Source: Capsulimonadaceae bacterium (GTDB taxonomy: Bacteria; Armatimonadota; Armatimonadia; Armatimonadales; Capsulimonadaceae). From it: a stretch of DNA of 64,000 nucleotides. Location of the stretch: contig OZ244065.1 in the NCBI GenBank assembly GCA_965215505.1, positions 4,896,001 to 4,960,000 of the forward strand, given 5' to 3'. Every line of letters begins with the position of its first letter. Position 1 is the stretch's first letter. The position numbers and the translations under genes are program-made. The notes beneath the pieces are model-generated. The model made no database searches, was not told where the DNA came from, and saw only the letters and a list, made by a program, of their open reading frames with translations. Below, piece after piece: positions 1 through 7,856 of the stretch.

Positions 1-2
1 CC

Positions 3-533
3 AGTGAGGGCAAGATGCTCCACCTCCTGGCGCTGATGAGCGGGGCCGGACGCATCCTGGAGATCGGGACGCTCGGCGGCTACAGCACGATCTGGCTGGC
101 CCGCGCCCTGCCGCCGGGCGGCACGCTGGTTTCACTGGAGCTGGACACCCACCACGCCGGGGTCGCTCGGCACAACATCGCGCGCGCCGGGCTGGCCGGC
201 AAAGTGGAGGTCCGGGTCGGCCCGGCCCAGGAGACGCTGGCGAGAATGGTGGCGGACGGTGAAGGGCCGTTCGACCTGGCCTTCATCGATGCGGACAAAG
301 ACGGCTATGTGGACTATCTCCCGAAGGCCGTGGCGCTCGTCCGCGACGGCGGACTCATCCTGGGCGACAACACGCTGCCCGATGCGGTACTCGACCCCGA
401 CGCCGACAGCGGGACCAAGCGGTACAATGCCGCCGTGGCCGCCCATCCCGACCTCGTCTCGATCATCTTCCCGGTGCTGCGCGAGCGCGGCGTGGACGGC
501 CTGCTGGTTTCCCTGAAACGCGCCGCCCGGTGA
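3..533 (+). CDS. SAM-dependent O-methyltransferase (caffeoyl-CoA OMT-like), 5' end runs off the window
   Basis: ILEIGTLGGYSTIWLA and FDLAFIDADK motifs; the frame is open upstream of ATG15 to the window edge. Confidence 0.9.
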   Translation, partial: SEGKMLHLLALMSGAGRILEIGTLGGYSTIWLARALPPGGTLVSLELDTHHAGVARHNIARAGLAGKVEVRVGPAQETLARMVADGEGPFDLAFIDADKDGYVDYLPKAVALVRDGGLILGDNTLPDAVLDPDADSGTKRYNAAVAAHPDLVSIIFPVLRERGVDGLLVSLKRAAR

Positions 534-562
534 AGAAATCGGTGAAGAAATCGGTGAAGAAA
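528..562. repeat. Tandem repeat CGGTGAAGAAAT, about 3 copies, spanning the stop codon
   Basis: Copies at 528, 540 and 552 read directly. Confidence 0.95.
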
Positions 563-676
563 ACTGATCGGCCTTCATGTGATTTTCATGTTACGCCTGT
601 AATATGAATGTAATAAGCGGTGAAACAGATTACGCCGCGCATTCCGACACCGTCCTGTGACGTAGGGAGCAACTCG

Positions 677-1657
677 ATGAAGACAGAAACACTGCGAAAA
701 GGCCGCGCCCTCGCGGCGGGCCTTACACTGATGACGACCGTACTCGCGACCGCCGCCGTGGCTCAGGCGCCGGGCGGGGGCGGCTTCGGCGGCCCGCCGC
801 CCGGACAGAACGGCGGCCCCGGCGGCGGCTTCGGCGGCCCCGGTGGAGGCTTCGGCGGCGGCCGGGGCGGCTTCGGCGGCCGTGCGCCCTTCGCCTTCGG
901 CGCGATCAGCTCCGTGGACACCAACGCGGGGACGATCACGCTCACCGGCCGGGGCGGCGGTGCCCCGCAGATCATCACCGTCGGGACGGACACGCAGCTC
1001 GTCTCGCAGTCCGACACGACCGTGGCCGACCTGAAGGTCGGCGACCAGGTGCAGGTGCAGGGCGTTCCGACCGGCATCACCGCTTCTCAGCTTACCGTCG
1101 GCACCGCGCCCGCCGGCCTGCCCGGCGCGGGTGGGGGCGGCTTCGGCGGCGGTCGGCCCGGCGGCGGGGGTAACCCCGGCGGCGGCGGAGCGCCCGGCGC
1201 CGCCCCGGTTCAGGGCTTTGCCACGGCCACGGGGACGATCAAGACCCTCCCGACCGCGAACGACGCACACCTCGCGATCAGCCTCGGGCCGGACGCGGTA
1301 CTCTACCTGAAGATGGCCCCCGGCGCGAAGATCTCCAAGTACACGACGCTGAAGCTCACCGACCTCAAGGCCGGCGACCAGGTCATCGCCACCGGCCAGA
1401 CCGGCACGGACGGCACGATGACGGCCAGCACCGTGGGCGTGAACATGGCGATCGCTCAGGGCTTCGGCGGCGCTGGCGGCTTCGGCGGTGCCCGTGGCGG
1501 GCGTAACCGTCGCGGCGGCGCGGGTGGCGGTGGCGGCTTTGGCGGTCCCGGCGGCGGCTTCGGCGGCCCCGGCGGTGGTGGCGGCTTCGGCGGCCCCGGC
1601 GGCAATGGTGGCCCCCCGCCTCCCGCGCCGGGTGACGGCGGCGGCATGACCCAGTAG
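677..1657 (+). CDS. Exported Gly-rich protein with two DUF5666-like beta repeats
   Basis: GGGAG RBS before ATG677; signal peptide ending AVAQA; repeats ADLKVGDQVQVQG and TDLKAGDQVIATG; GGFGG tracts. Confidence 0.7.
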   Translation: MKTETLRKGRALAAGLTLMTTVLATAAVAQAPGGGGFGGPPPGQNGGPGGGFGGPGGGFGGGRGGFGGRAPFAFGAISSVDTNAGTITLTGRGGGAPQIITVGTDTQLVSQSDTTVADLKVGDQVQVQGVPTGITASQLTVGTAPAGLPGAGGGGFGGGRPGGGGNPGGGGAPGAAPVQGFATATGTIKTLPTANDAHLAISLGPDAVLYLKMAPGAKISKYTTLKLTDLKAGDQVIATGQTGTDGTMTASTVGVNMAIAQGFGGAGGFGGARGGRNRRGGAGGGGGFGGPGGGFGGPGGGGGFGGPGGNGGPPPPAPGDGGGMTQ

Positions 1658-1682
1658 GGTCCGCCGCGCCGAGAGGAACTGG

Positions 1683-1720
1683 AACGGGGGCCGCCACACA
1701 TCTGTGACGGCCCCGTTTTC
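1683..1720 (+). terminator. Probable intrinsic terminator
   Basis: Imperfect hairpin AACGGGGGCCG...CGGCCCCGTTTT after the stop at 1657. Confidence 0.6.
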
Positions 1721-1766
1721 CTGACAGGTGATGACGGCACAGGGAATGACGACACAGGAGACGACG

Positions 1767-2777
1767 ATGACCGATGCGAAAGACCGCGCCTCCGGCTCCC
1801 TCTTTGGTCTGGCCCTCGGCGACGCCCTCGGCGCGAAGACCGAGTTCCTGAGCGTCCCGGAGATCAAGCGGCGCTTCGGCCCGGACGGTCCCGACGCCCC
1901 CGCCGGCGACCCCGCCCCCGTGACCGACGACACCCAGATGGCCCTGGCCGTCGGCGAGGCATTGCTGGAAGCGCCGGAGCCTTACACCGCTGCTGCCCTG
2001 GAAGGACCCCTGCGCCGCGCCTTCGTCGCCTGGGCCGACAGTCCCGAAAACGACCGCGCCCCCGGCATGACCTGCCTCACGGCCTGCGCCCGCCTCAAAA
2101 TGGGGATGCCCTGGACCTCGGCGACCGTCCCCGACTCCAAAGGCTGCGGGGCGAACATGCGCGTCGCCCCCGTCGGACTCGTGTCCGGCCTCGAACCCGA
2201 GACGCGCGCCGCCCTGGCCCAGTTCCAGGCCGCCCTGACGCATGGCCACCCCACTGCCCTCGCCGCCTCCGACCTCACCGCCTGGGCCGTCACCGACCTC
2301 GCCGGGGGCGGCGACCCCGCCGGCCTGCCGCAGCGGGCGCGCGCCTACGCCCATTTCCAGCGCACCGTCTACCACGCCGACTGGCTCGGCACCCTCTGGC
2401 AGCGCCCCTTTGCCGACTCACCCGCCGAGTTCATCACGCGCGGCTGGGACGAGTGCCTGGGCGTCTTGGACCGCCTGGACGCTGCCTTGGACCAGGCCGA
2501 CCGCGCCGCCGACCCCTGCCTCATCACCGGCGAGGGCTGGATCGCCGAGGAAGCCTTCGCCACCGGCCTGCTCTGCTTCCTGCTCTTCCCCGCCGACCCC
2601 GTCGCCGCCCTGCGCTGCGCCGCCGTCAGCAGCGGCGACTCCGACTCCCTCGCCTGCCTCGCCGGAGCCTTCGCGGGTGCCTACCACGGCCTGCCCGCTT
2701 GGCCCGCCGACTGGCTCGCCCGCATCGAGTACCGCGACCGCCTGACGCGGCTGGGCACGGCCTGGGACGGCGCTTGA
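1767..2777 (+). CDS. ADP-ribosylglycohydrolase (DraG/ARH family)
   Basis: GLALGDALG, TDDTQM, GANMRVAP, THGHP and GDSDS motifs; AGGAG RBS before ATG1767. Confidence 0.9.
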   Translation: MTDAKDRASGSLFGLALGDALGAKTEFLSVPEIKRRFGPDGPDAPAGDPAPVTDDTQMALAVGEALLEAPEPYTAAALEGPLRRAFVAWADSPENDRAPGMTCLTACARLKMGMPWTSATVPDSKGCGANMRVAPVGLVSGLEPETRAALAQFQAALTHGHPTALAASDLTAWAVTDLAGGGDPAGLPQRARAYAHFQRTVYHADWLGTLWQRPFADSPAEFITRGWDECLGVLDRLDAALDQADRAADPCLITGEGWIAEEAFATGLLCFLLFPADPVAALRCAAVSSGDSDSLACLAGAFAGAYHGLPAWPADWLARIEYRDRLTRLGTAWDGA

Positions 2778-2797
2778 TGCCGCCCCTATTTGACGGC

Positions 2798-2834
2798 AGA
2801 AAGCCCGGCCTCAGAGCTTGAGGCCGGGCTTTCT
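2798..2834. terminator. Bidirectional terminator between convergent genes
   Basis: Perfect 16-bp stem AGAAAGCCCGGCCTCA/TGAGGCCGGGCTTTCT. Confidence 0.85.
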
Positions 2835-2847
2835 CCTGTCTGCAAGG

Positions 2848-3705
2848 TCACGCAGGCTCGCTGAAGTCTTTCAGCGCCTTCAGCGCGGCTTTCTTGACTT
2901 CGCCTTTGCCCAGCAGAACCGCCTTCCGCAAGGCCGCCTTCGCCTGCTGCCCGCCGCCGGACTTCGCCCGCTCGGACGTGCTCAACTGCTGCCAGCCGAC
3001 GCCGTAGTAGTAGTTCGCCAGCGGCGAGTCCGGCGCGAGTTGCAGCGCCCTCCCGTACTCGGCCAGCGCCTCCTTGTTCTGGGACTCATGCGCCCAATCA
3101 GGCGTAGCGTTGTAGACCAGGCCGCGTGCGATGTGAATGGCCGTCGCCAGCGCCGTCGGTTCCGGCACGTCGGGCGCAAAGTGGCTGTTCTCCCGCATCA
3201 CTTCCCCGTCCTGCACGACGGGCGTCTCTGGGTGTAGGCCGACGCTGGGGAGGTGTGGGAGTGCCTGATTGTAGGCGGCGAGGGCCTGCTTCCACTGGCC
3301 CGACTTTAGCAGCAGCAGGGCGTAGGGCAGAAGGTTACTTGGGTGCCGATCCGCCACTAGCCCCTGATAGGCTTGTAGTGCTTCCTGTTCTTTTCCCTGC
3401 GCGTCCAGAGCCTGCGCCAATATCTCTACAGGGGTTTCAGTGTGGAAGGGACTGACAGCGAGGGACTGCCGCTCGATGGCTTCCGCCTCAGCGTACCTGC
3501 CCGCGTGCAGGGCTATCGCCGCGTCGTGGTCTAGCTGACCGGCCTGGGCCATCGCCGCTAGTCCTTCCGGGGCAATCGTAACCCCCCTAGAATCGTTCTG
3601 CGCGCCGATCTGAGCTTGGGCGGGCAACCCGATGAGAGCGCAGGCGGCGATGAGTAAGAGGCCCGCTGTAGCACAACGCGCCATGGCCGCCAAGTTCTTC
3701 TTCAT
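2848..3705 (-). CDS. Secreted tetratricopeptide-repeat protein
   Basis: Start at MKKNLAAM after a GAGGA RBS; signal peptide ending AQA; TPR-like helices (ALAAYNQAL, ALAEYGRALQLAPDSP). Confidence 0.75.
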   Translation of the reverse strand: MKKNLAAMARCATAGLLLIAACALIGLPAQAQIGAQNDSRGVTIAPEGLAAMAQAGQLDHDAAIALHAGRYAEAEAIERQSLAVSPFHTETPVEILAQALDAQGKEQEALQAYQGLVADRHPSNLLPYALLLLKSGQWKQALAAYNQALPHLPSVGLHPETPVVQDGEVMRENSHFAPDVPEPTALATAIHIARGLVYNATPDWAHESQNKEALAEYGRALQLAPDSPLANYYYGVGWQQLSTSERAKSGGGQQAKAALRKAVLLGKGEVKKAALKALKDFSEPA

Positions 3706-3755
3706 GGTATTTTTCCTCTTCAACTCAGGTGCCAAATGCTTTTTTATCGCGGTAT

Positions 3756-4730
3756 TCACCCCCGCTGGTACGCCTCCCCCAAGGCGGCGGGCGCGGCGGA
3801 CCCCAGCCGCGCCCGGCCCAGCAGGGCGAGCAGGGTCAGCAGGTAGGGCAGGGCGAGGAAGAACTGGTAGGGGAACCGGGTGCTGGTCGCCTGGAACTGG
3901 AACTGCAAGGCCGACACCAGGCCGAACAGCAGGGCGGCGGCGGCGACGCCGAACGGGTTCCAGCGGCCCAGGATGACCACGGCCAACGCGATGAACCCGC
4001 GCCCCGCCGTCATGGCCTCGCCGAAGCCGACCGTGTAGCCCAGGCTGAGGTAGGCCCCCGCCAGGCCCGCCAGCGCACCGCCCGCAAGTGTCGCGGCGAG
4101 GCGGACGCGGCCGACGCCGACGCCCGCGCCGTCCGCCGCCTGCGGGTACTCGCCGGTCGCCCGCAGGCGCAGGCCCCACCGGGTCTTGAAGAGGCCGAGC
4201 CAGACCAGCGGGACCAAGCCCCAGGCGATCCAGCCCAGCGCGTTCTGCTCGAATAGGTCGGACAGCAGCAGGGCAGGAAGGCCGGGGGCGGCCCCGTGCG
4301 CGGGATGCAGGAAAGGAAGGGTGAGGGGCGCGAAGGCCGCCGCCGTCGCCCCGTTGAGCTGCGGCAGGGCGCGGAAGAAGACGCCGGTCAGGCCAAGCGC
4401 GAGGATGTTGATTGCCGTCCCCACCACCACCTGGTCGGCCCCCAGGCCGACCGACAGGGCGGCGAACAGAGCGGCCAGGGCAGTGCCCGCCAGTATCGCC
4501 GCCCCCGCCCCGGCCCATGGGCTGTGGGTGCCGAAGGCGACCGCGAAGCCGGCCAGCGCGCCCGCCAGCATCATCCCCTCCATGCCGACATTGATCACGC
4601 CCGCCTTCTCGGCCACCGTCTCGCCCAGCGCGGCCAGCAGGAGCGGGGCGGCCAGCCGGAGGCCCGTGAATAGCAGGCCGACAAGGATGACGCCCCAGGC
4701 CGCTCCGTGCATCGGGTCCGGTCCGTGCAT
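3756..4730 (-). CDS. ABC transporter permease (nucleoside/simple sugar type)
   Basis: LAALGETVAEKAGVINVGMEG, GLRLRATGE and AGRGFIALAVVILGRW motifs; start at 4730 or 4712. Confidence 0.9.
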   Translation of the reverse strand: MHGPDPMHGAAWGVILVGLLFTGLRLAAPLLLAALGETVAEKAGVINVGMEGMMLAGALAGFAVAFGTHSPWAGAGAAILAGTALAALFAALSVGLGADQVVVGTAINILALGLTGVFFRALPQLNGATAAAFAPLTLPFLHPAHGAAPGLPALLLSDLFEQNALGWIAWGLVPLVWLGLFKTRWGLRLRATGEYPQAADGAGVGVGRVRLAATLAGGALAGLAGAYLSLGYTVGFGEAMTAGRGFIALAVVILGRWNPFGVAAAALLFGLVSALQFQFQATSTRFPYQFFLALPYLLTLLALLGRARLGSAAPAALGEAYQRG

Positions 4731-4734
4731 CGGG

Positions 4735-5277
4735 TCAGGCGTCCTTCTTGGCGGCGCGGTCGGCGAGATAGCGGGCCTCGTCCGCTTCCAGCTCTTCCAT
4801 GCTCCGGCGCGGCGTTTCCGGGATGTCGTCCCCATCCGTGACGGCCTGCGCGATGGCCTGGCCGCGCCGGGCGGACGGGGCGGGCGCGGGCGCGTCGGGA
4901 ACGGCCGGGGCGGCGGACGGCGCGGGCGCATCGGTCGGGGCGAGGTCGGCGACGCCGACCAGCAGGTTATAACGCAGCGAGAACTTCTTTTCCGCCGCCG
5001 AGAGCTTGTTGCGCGCCTCGTCGGAGAGGTTGTCCAGCCACTTCTGCCGCATCGCGTCCGTGCCCGCCTGGTGGCGCGCGCGGATCTCGGCCGGCAGGCT
5101 CTCCGTATCGATTGCGACGGTCGCCGTGCCGTCGGGATAGAGTTTGGCGACCGTCCCGGTCAGGGAGCGATAGTAGGGGTAGAACAGGCCGGATTTGGTG
5201 TCGGCGGCGTTCGGCTCCCGGTCCGCGAGTCGGACTGTGGTCCCCTCCGCCAGTTGTTTCGGGGTGTGAGCGGCCAT
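4735..5277 (-). CDS. Hypothetical protein
   Basis: AAGGAG RBS; GC-typical codon use; same strand and adjacent to the permease. Confidence 0.75.
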   Translation of the reverse strand: MAAHTPKQLAEGTTVRLADREPNAADTKSGLFYPYYRSLTGTVAKLYPDGTATVAIDTESLPAEIRARHQAGTDAMRQKWLDNLSDEARNKLSAAEKKFSLRYNLLVGVADLAPTDAPAPSAAPAVPDAPAPAPSARRGQAIAQAVTDGDDIPETPRRSMEELEADEARYLADRAAKKDA

Positions 5278-5363
5278 GAATGAAGCTCCTTTTGGGCGTT
5301 GGTGAGTTGCCGCGTGGTTTGCCCCGCTAGGGGGCCGGGTAAAAGCGACGGGGTTGTAAAACT

Positions 5364-5789
5364 ATGGTCAATGTTCTCTATGTCATCGGCGAGCTGATGC
5401 TCATCCTCGCGCTGCTGGGCATGATCGGCGTCGCGGTCTGGGTCGTCCTGTCCGCGCTGCACGTCAAGAACCAGACGGTCGGCCACGCCAAGCGCCTTTC
5501 CAAGCGGCCAATCACTGCCGGCAAAAATTTAGCGATGACCGTCAAGGGGATCGCGCAGCAGGAGCTGGTCCACTTCAAGCACATCGGTACGTCCGTCAAG
5601 GACGCCGCCGGGGCGGTCCAGCATTCCGCCCTGGAGATCAAGGGGGCCGCCCAGAACATCCACCCCGAAGAGCTGAAGCCCGCCCTAGCGGGTGTCCAGG
5701 GGGTGGGCGAGCGCATCGGGGAGGCCACCAAAGTCCTGCGGCTGGCCGCCCAGCTTTCCAAAGCGGCGGCCAAGCAGCGGCCCCGCTGA
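5364..5789 (+). CDS. Hypothetical membrane-anchored protein
   Basis: N-terminal hydrophobic helix followed by a helical region; typical codon use. Confidence 0.7.
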   Translation: MVNVLYVIGELMLILALLGMIGVAVWVVLSALHVKNQTVGHAKRLSKRPITAGKNLAMTVKGIAQQELVHFKHIGTSVKDAAGAVQHSALEIKGAAQNIHPEELKPALAGVQGVGERIGEATKVLRLAAQLSKAAAKQRPR

Positions 5790-5798
5790 CGGCCCCAT

Positions 5799-6308
5799 CT
5801 ACTTGGGGTAAGTGTCCTCGATCTTCCGGTTCATCTCGTTCGGGGCGAAGGGCAGTTCGGAGACGTTGCCGGTGACGAGGGGCTTGCCGTCCACGCGGAT
5901 GCCCAGAGCCGTGACCGCTTGGGCGGCGGGCGTCCGGTCCTCGGCCGGAACATCCAGATTCACGATCTCCGCCGCCGCGACCCCCCCGCTGTGGTTGATG
6001 TAGTCGCGGATCGCCTGGAGTGGGACGTTCAGCGTCTCCGGCTTCTGCTGGTTTGCTTCATCGTAGACCCAGCCCACTTCGATATGGTGCGCGGCGTCCG
6101 CTGGATTCCCGACCGTCTCTTCCGGTGGTAAAACACCCTTCAAGTCTGTTGGCGCGGTGTCCGACTTTGGTGCGGCCGTGGCCGCCGCCTGTTGGGCCTG
6201 CTCGTCCTCGTCCCTGTCCGGCAACGCCGATCTCCGCACCCCCTGGTTTAGAAAAACGAGGGCGCCCCCCAGCAGGACCAGGGCCACGATCACAAGAAGG
6301 CGCTTCAT
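5799..6308 (-). CDS. Hypothetical exported or membrane-anchored protein
   Basis: MKRLLVIVALVLLGG N-terminus; ATGA overlap with the pgeF stop. Confidence 0.7.
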   Translation of the reverse strand: MKRLLVIVALVLLGGALVFLNQGVRRSALPDRDEDEQAQQAAATAAPKSDTAPTDLKGVLPPEETVGNPADAAHHIEVGWVYDEANQQKPETLNVPLQAIRDYINHSGGVAAAEIVNLDVPAEDRTPAAQAVTALGIRVDGKPLVTGNVSELPFAPNEMNRKIEDTYPK

Positions 6309-7123
6309 GGCGTCATTGTCTCCTTTATCCCCAAAAATGCCCCCATCCGGCCCGTCGCCCCGTCCCGGCGGTAGGAGAAGAAGTCGCGCCGGTTGCGGAA
6401 GGTGTCCTCGTCGCAGACGGCGATGGACTCGGCCTTCAGCCCCGCCGACAGGAGCTGCAAAAAGATGACCGCGCGTAGGTTCAACGTGTAAGTGCCGGCC
6501 AGCTCGTTGCGCGGCATGACGACGTTCGCCGCCCGCGAGCCGGGCACCGTGCGGAACCGGTCCGCCACCTCCGACCCGACCTCGTAGCTGTCCCCCCCGA
6601 TGGACGGCCCGATGGCGGCGACGCAGGAGGCCGGGAGGCAGCCGAACTCCTCCGCCAGTGCCTGCACCGTCCTGGCCGCGATGTTGGCCTCGGTCCCGCG
6701 CCAGCCCGCGTGGGCCAGTCCGATGGCCTTGCGCGCCGGGTCCACCAGGTACACCGGGACGCAGTCGGCGAAGAACAGCATCAGCAACAGGTCGGGGACG
6801 TTCGTCACCAGGGCGTCCGCGCCAGGGATCGGCGTCTGCCCCGTCCCCGCCTTGACGATGGCCACGCCGTCGCCGTGGACCTGCTCGGCCAGGGCGACCT
6901 GCCCCTCGCCGAACCCCAGGTCGGACCAGACGCGCTGCCGGTTGGCCGCCACCGACGCGGGCGCGTCGCCGACGTGTGCGCCCAGGTTTAGGGTGTCATA
7001 GGGGGCGACCCCGACCCCGCCCCGCCGCGTCGTGAAGCCCTGGACGATGCGCGGCAGCCACGACATGGTCTTGGCCTGGTACAGCGGCAGGTCCCCGATC
7101 GGTTGTTTGCGCCAGCCGGTCAT
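6305..7123 (-). CDS. pgeF: PgeF/YfiH laccase-domain protein
   Basis: FTTRRGG, LNLG, QVHG, ADALVT, ADCVP, HAGWRG, IGPSI and FFSYRR motifs. Confidence 0.9.
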   Translation of the reverse strand: MTGWRKQPIGDLPLYQAKTMSWLPRIVQGFTTRRGGVGVAPYDTLNLGAHVGDAPASVAANRQRVWSDLGFGEGQVALAEQVHGDGVAIVKAGTGQTPIPGADALVTNVPDLLLMLFFADCVPVYLVDPARKAIGLAHAGWRGTEANIAARTVQALAEEFGCLPASCVAAIGPSIGGDSYEVGSEVADRFRTVPGSRAANVVMPRNELAGTYTLNLRAVIFLQLLSAGLKAESIAVCDEDTFRNRRDFFSYRRDGATGRMGAFLGIKETMTP

Positions 7124-7413
7124 TCGGCTCGCTTTCCTTCACGCATTGCCCGCCGCTCCTGCGCTCGCACCTCCAATTGGCCAAAGACTTCTTCCATAGA
7201 GTAGGTGCGTCCAGCATCAACGTCATCTAAGCCCGCCTGGATGCCCGCCACTGATCCAGCCAAATCTTCCAGCCCCGAAAACTCGTCCATCTCTGCGCCT
7301 ATATCTTTTTCCACAAGCTTCAGCAGGTAGGCCGTGACCTCCTGACCGTTCATCTCCGCCTGTTTGTGAAGAAGCAACTCCATGTCTGCGGAAATGTCTA
7401 ACGTGAGTGCCAC
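7120..7413 (-). CDS. Small antitoxin-like protein (RHH-like N-terminus)
   Basis: GGAG RBS before GTG7413; C-terminal GIQAGLDDVDAGRT motif typical of ParD/CopG-type antitoxins. Confidence 0.6.
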   Translation of the reverse strand: MALTLDISADMELLLHKQAEMNGQEVTAYLLKLVEKDIGAEMDEFSGLEDLAGSVAGIQAGLDDVDAGRTYSMEEVFGQLEVRAQERRAMREGKRAE

Positions 7414-7452
7414 TGGTTTCTCCGAAAGCCGGGACGGGAGTATCGTCCACAA

Positions 7453-7770
7453 TCATGCAGGCGACGCGAGCAGCATTTGCAGTGTGGTGATCTCAATCAT
7501 CAGCAACTCGTCAACAACCTGCGCTTCCGTATAGCCTCGCTCGCGCATTTCACCGGTAGGTCCTGCTGCCGGAAAGCCCCAGCCGCGCTTATAGGTCGCC
7601 TCACGTCCGACTTCCAGAGTGTACGGCACACCAAAAGCATAGCAGGCACTTCCAAAGCCTGATAACCACTGAACAGCGGCTTGTTCTGACAACTCGTACA
7701 GGAACAGAACGGGCCGCTCCCGCACCTGTTCCAGCGTTTCAATCGCTTTCGTGACTGCCTCTCGGTCCAC
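7453..7770 (-). CDS. Hypothetical protein, lower GC
   Basis: GAGGGG RBS before GTG7770 (VDREAVTKAIE); the upstream part of the 267-aa ORF call overlaps the GH15 gene and is probably not translated. Confidence 0.6.
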   Translation of the reverse strand: MDREAVTKAIETLEQVRERPVLFLYELSEQAAVQWLSGFGSACYAFGVPYTLEVGREATYKRGWGFPAAGPTGEMRERGYTEAQVVDELLMIEITTLQMLLASPA

Positions 7771-7856
7771 TTCTTGTACCCCCTCACTGTCTTCCGTCCG
7801 CAGGACGGTCGGCGCGAAGCGCCTTCCAGACGGGTACTTCAGTGCCCGGCGCTTCT

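Noticed and set aside
528-562. Short repeats as a possible CRISPR array
   Set aside because: The units are 12 bp and adjacent, with no spacers, and there are no cas genes in the window.
7824-7839. TTCCAGACGGGTACTT resembles the right end of IS630 copy 2
   Set aside because: The exact match is only 11 bp, with no flanking TA, partner IR or transposase; it could be chance or an unprovable scar.
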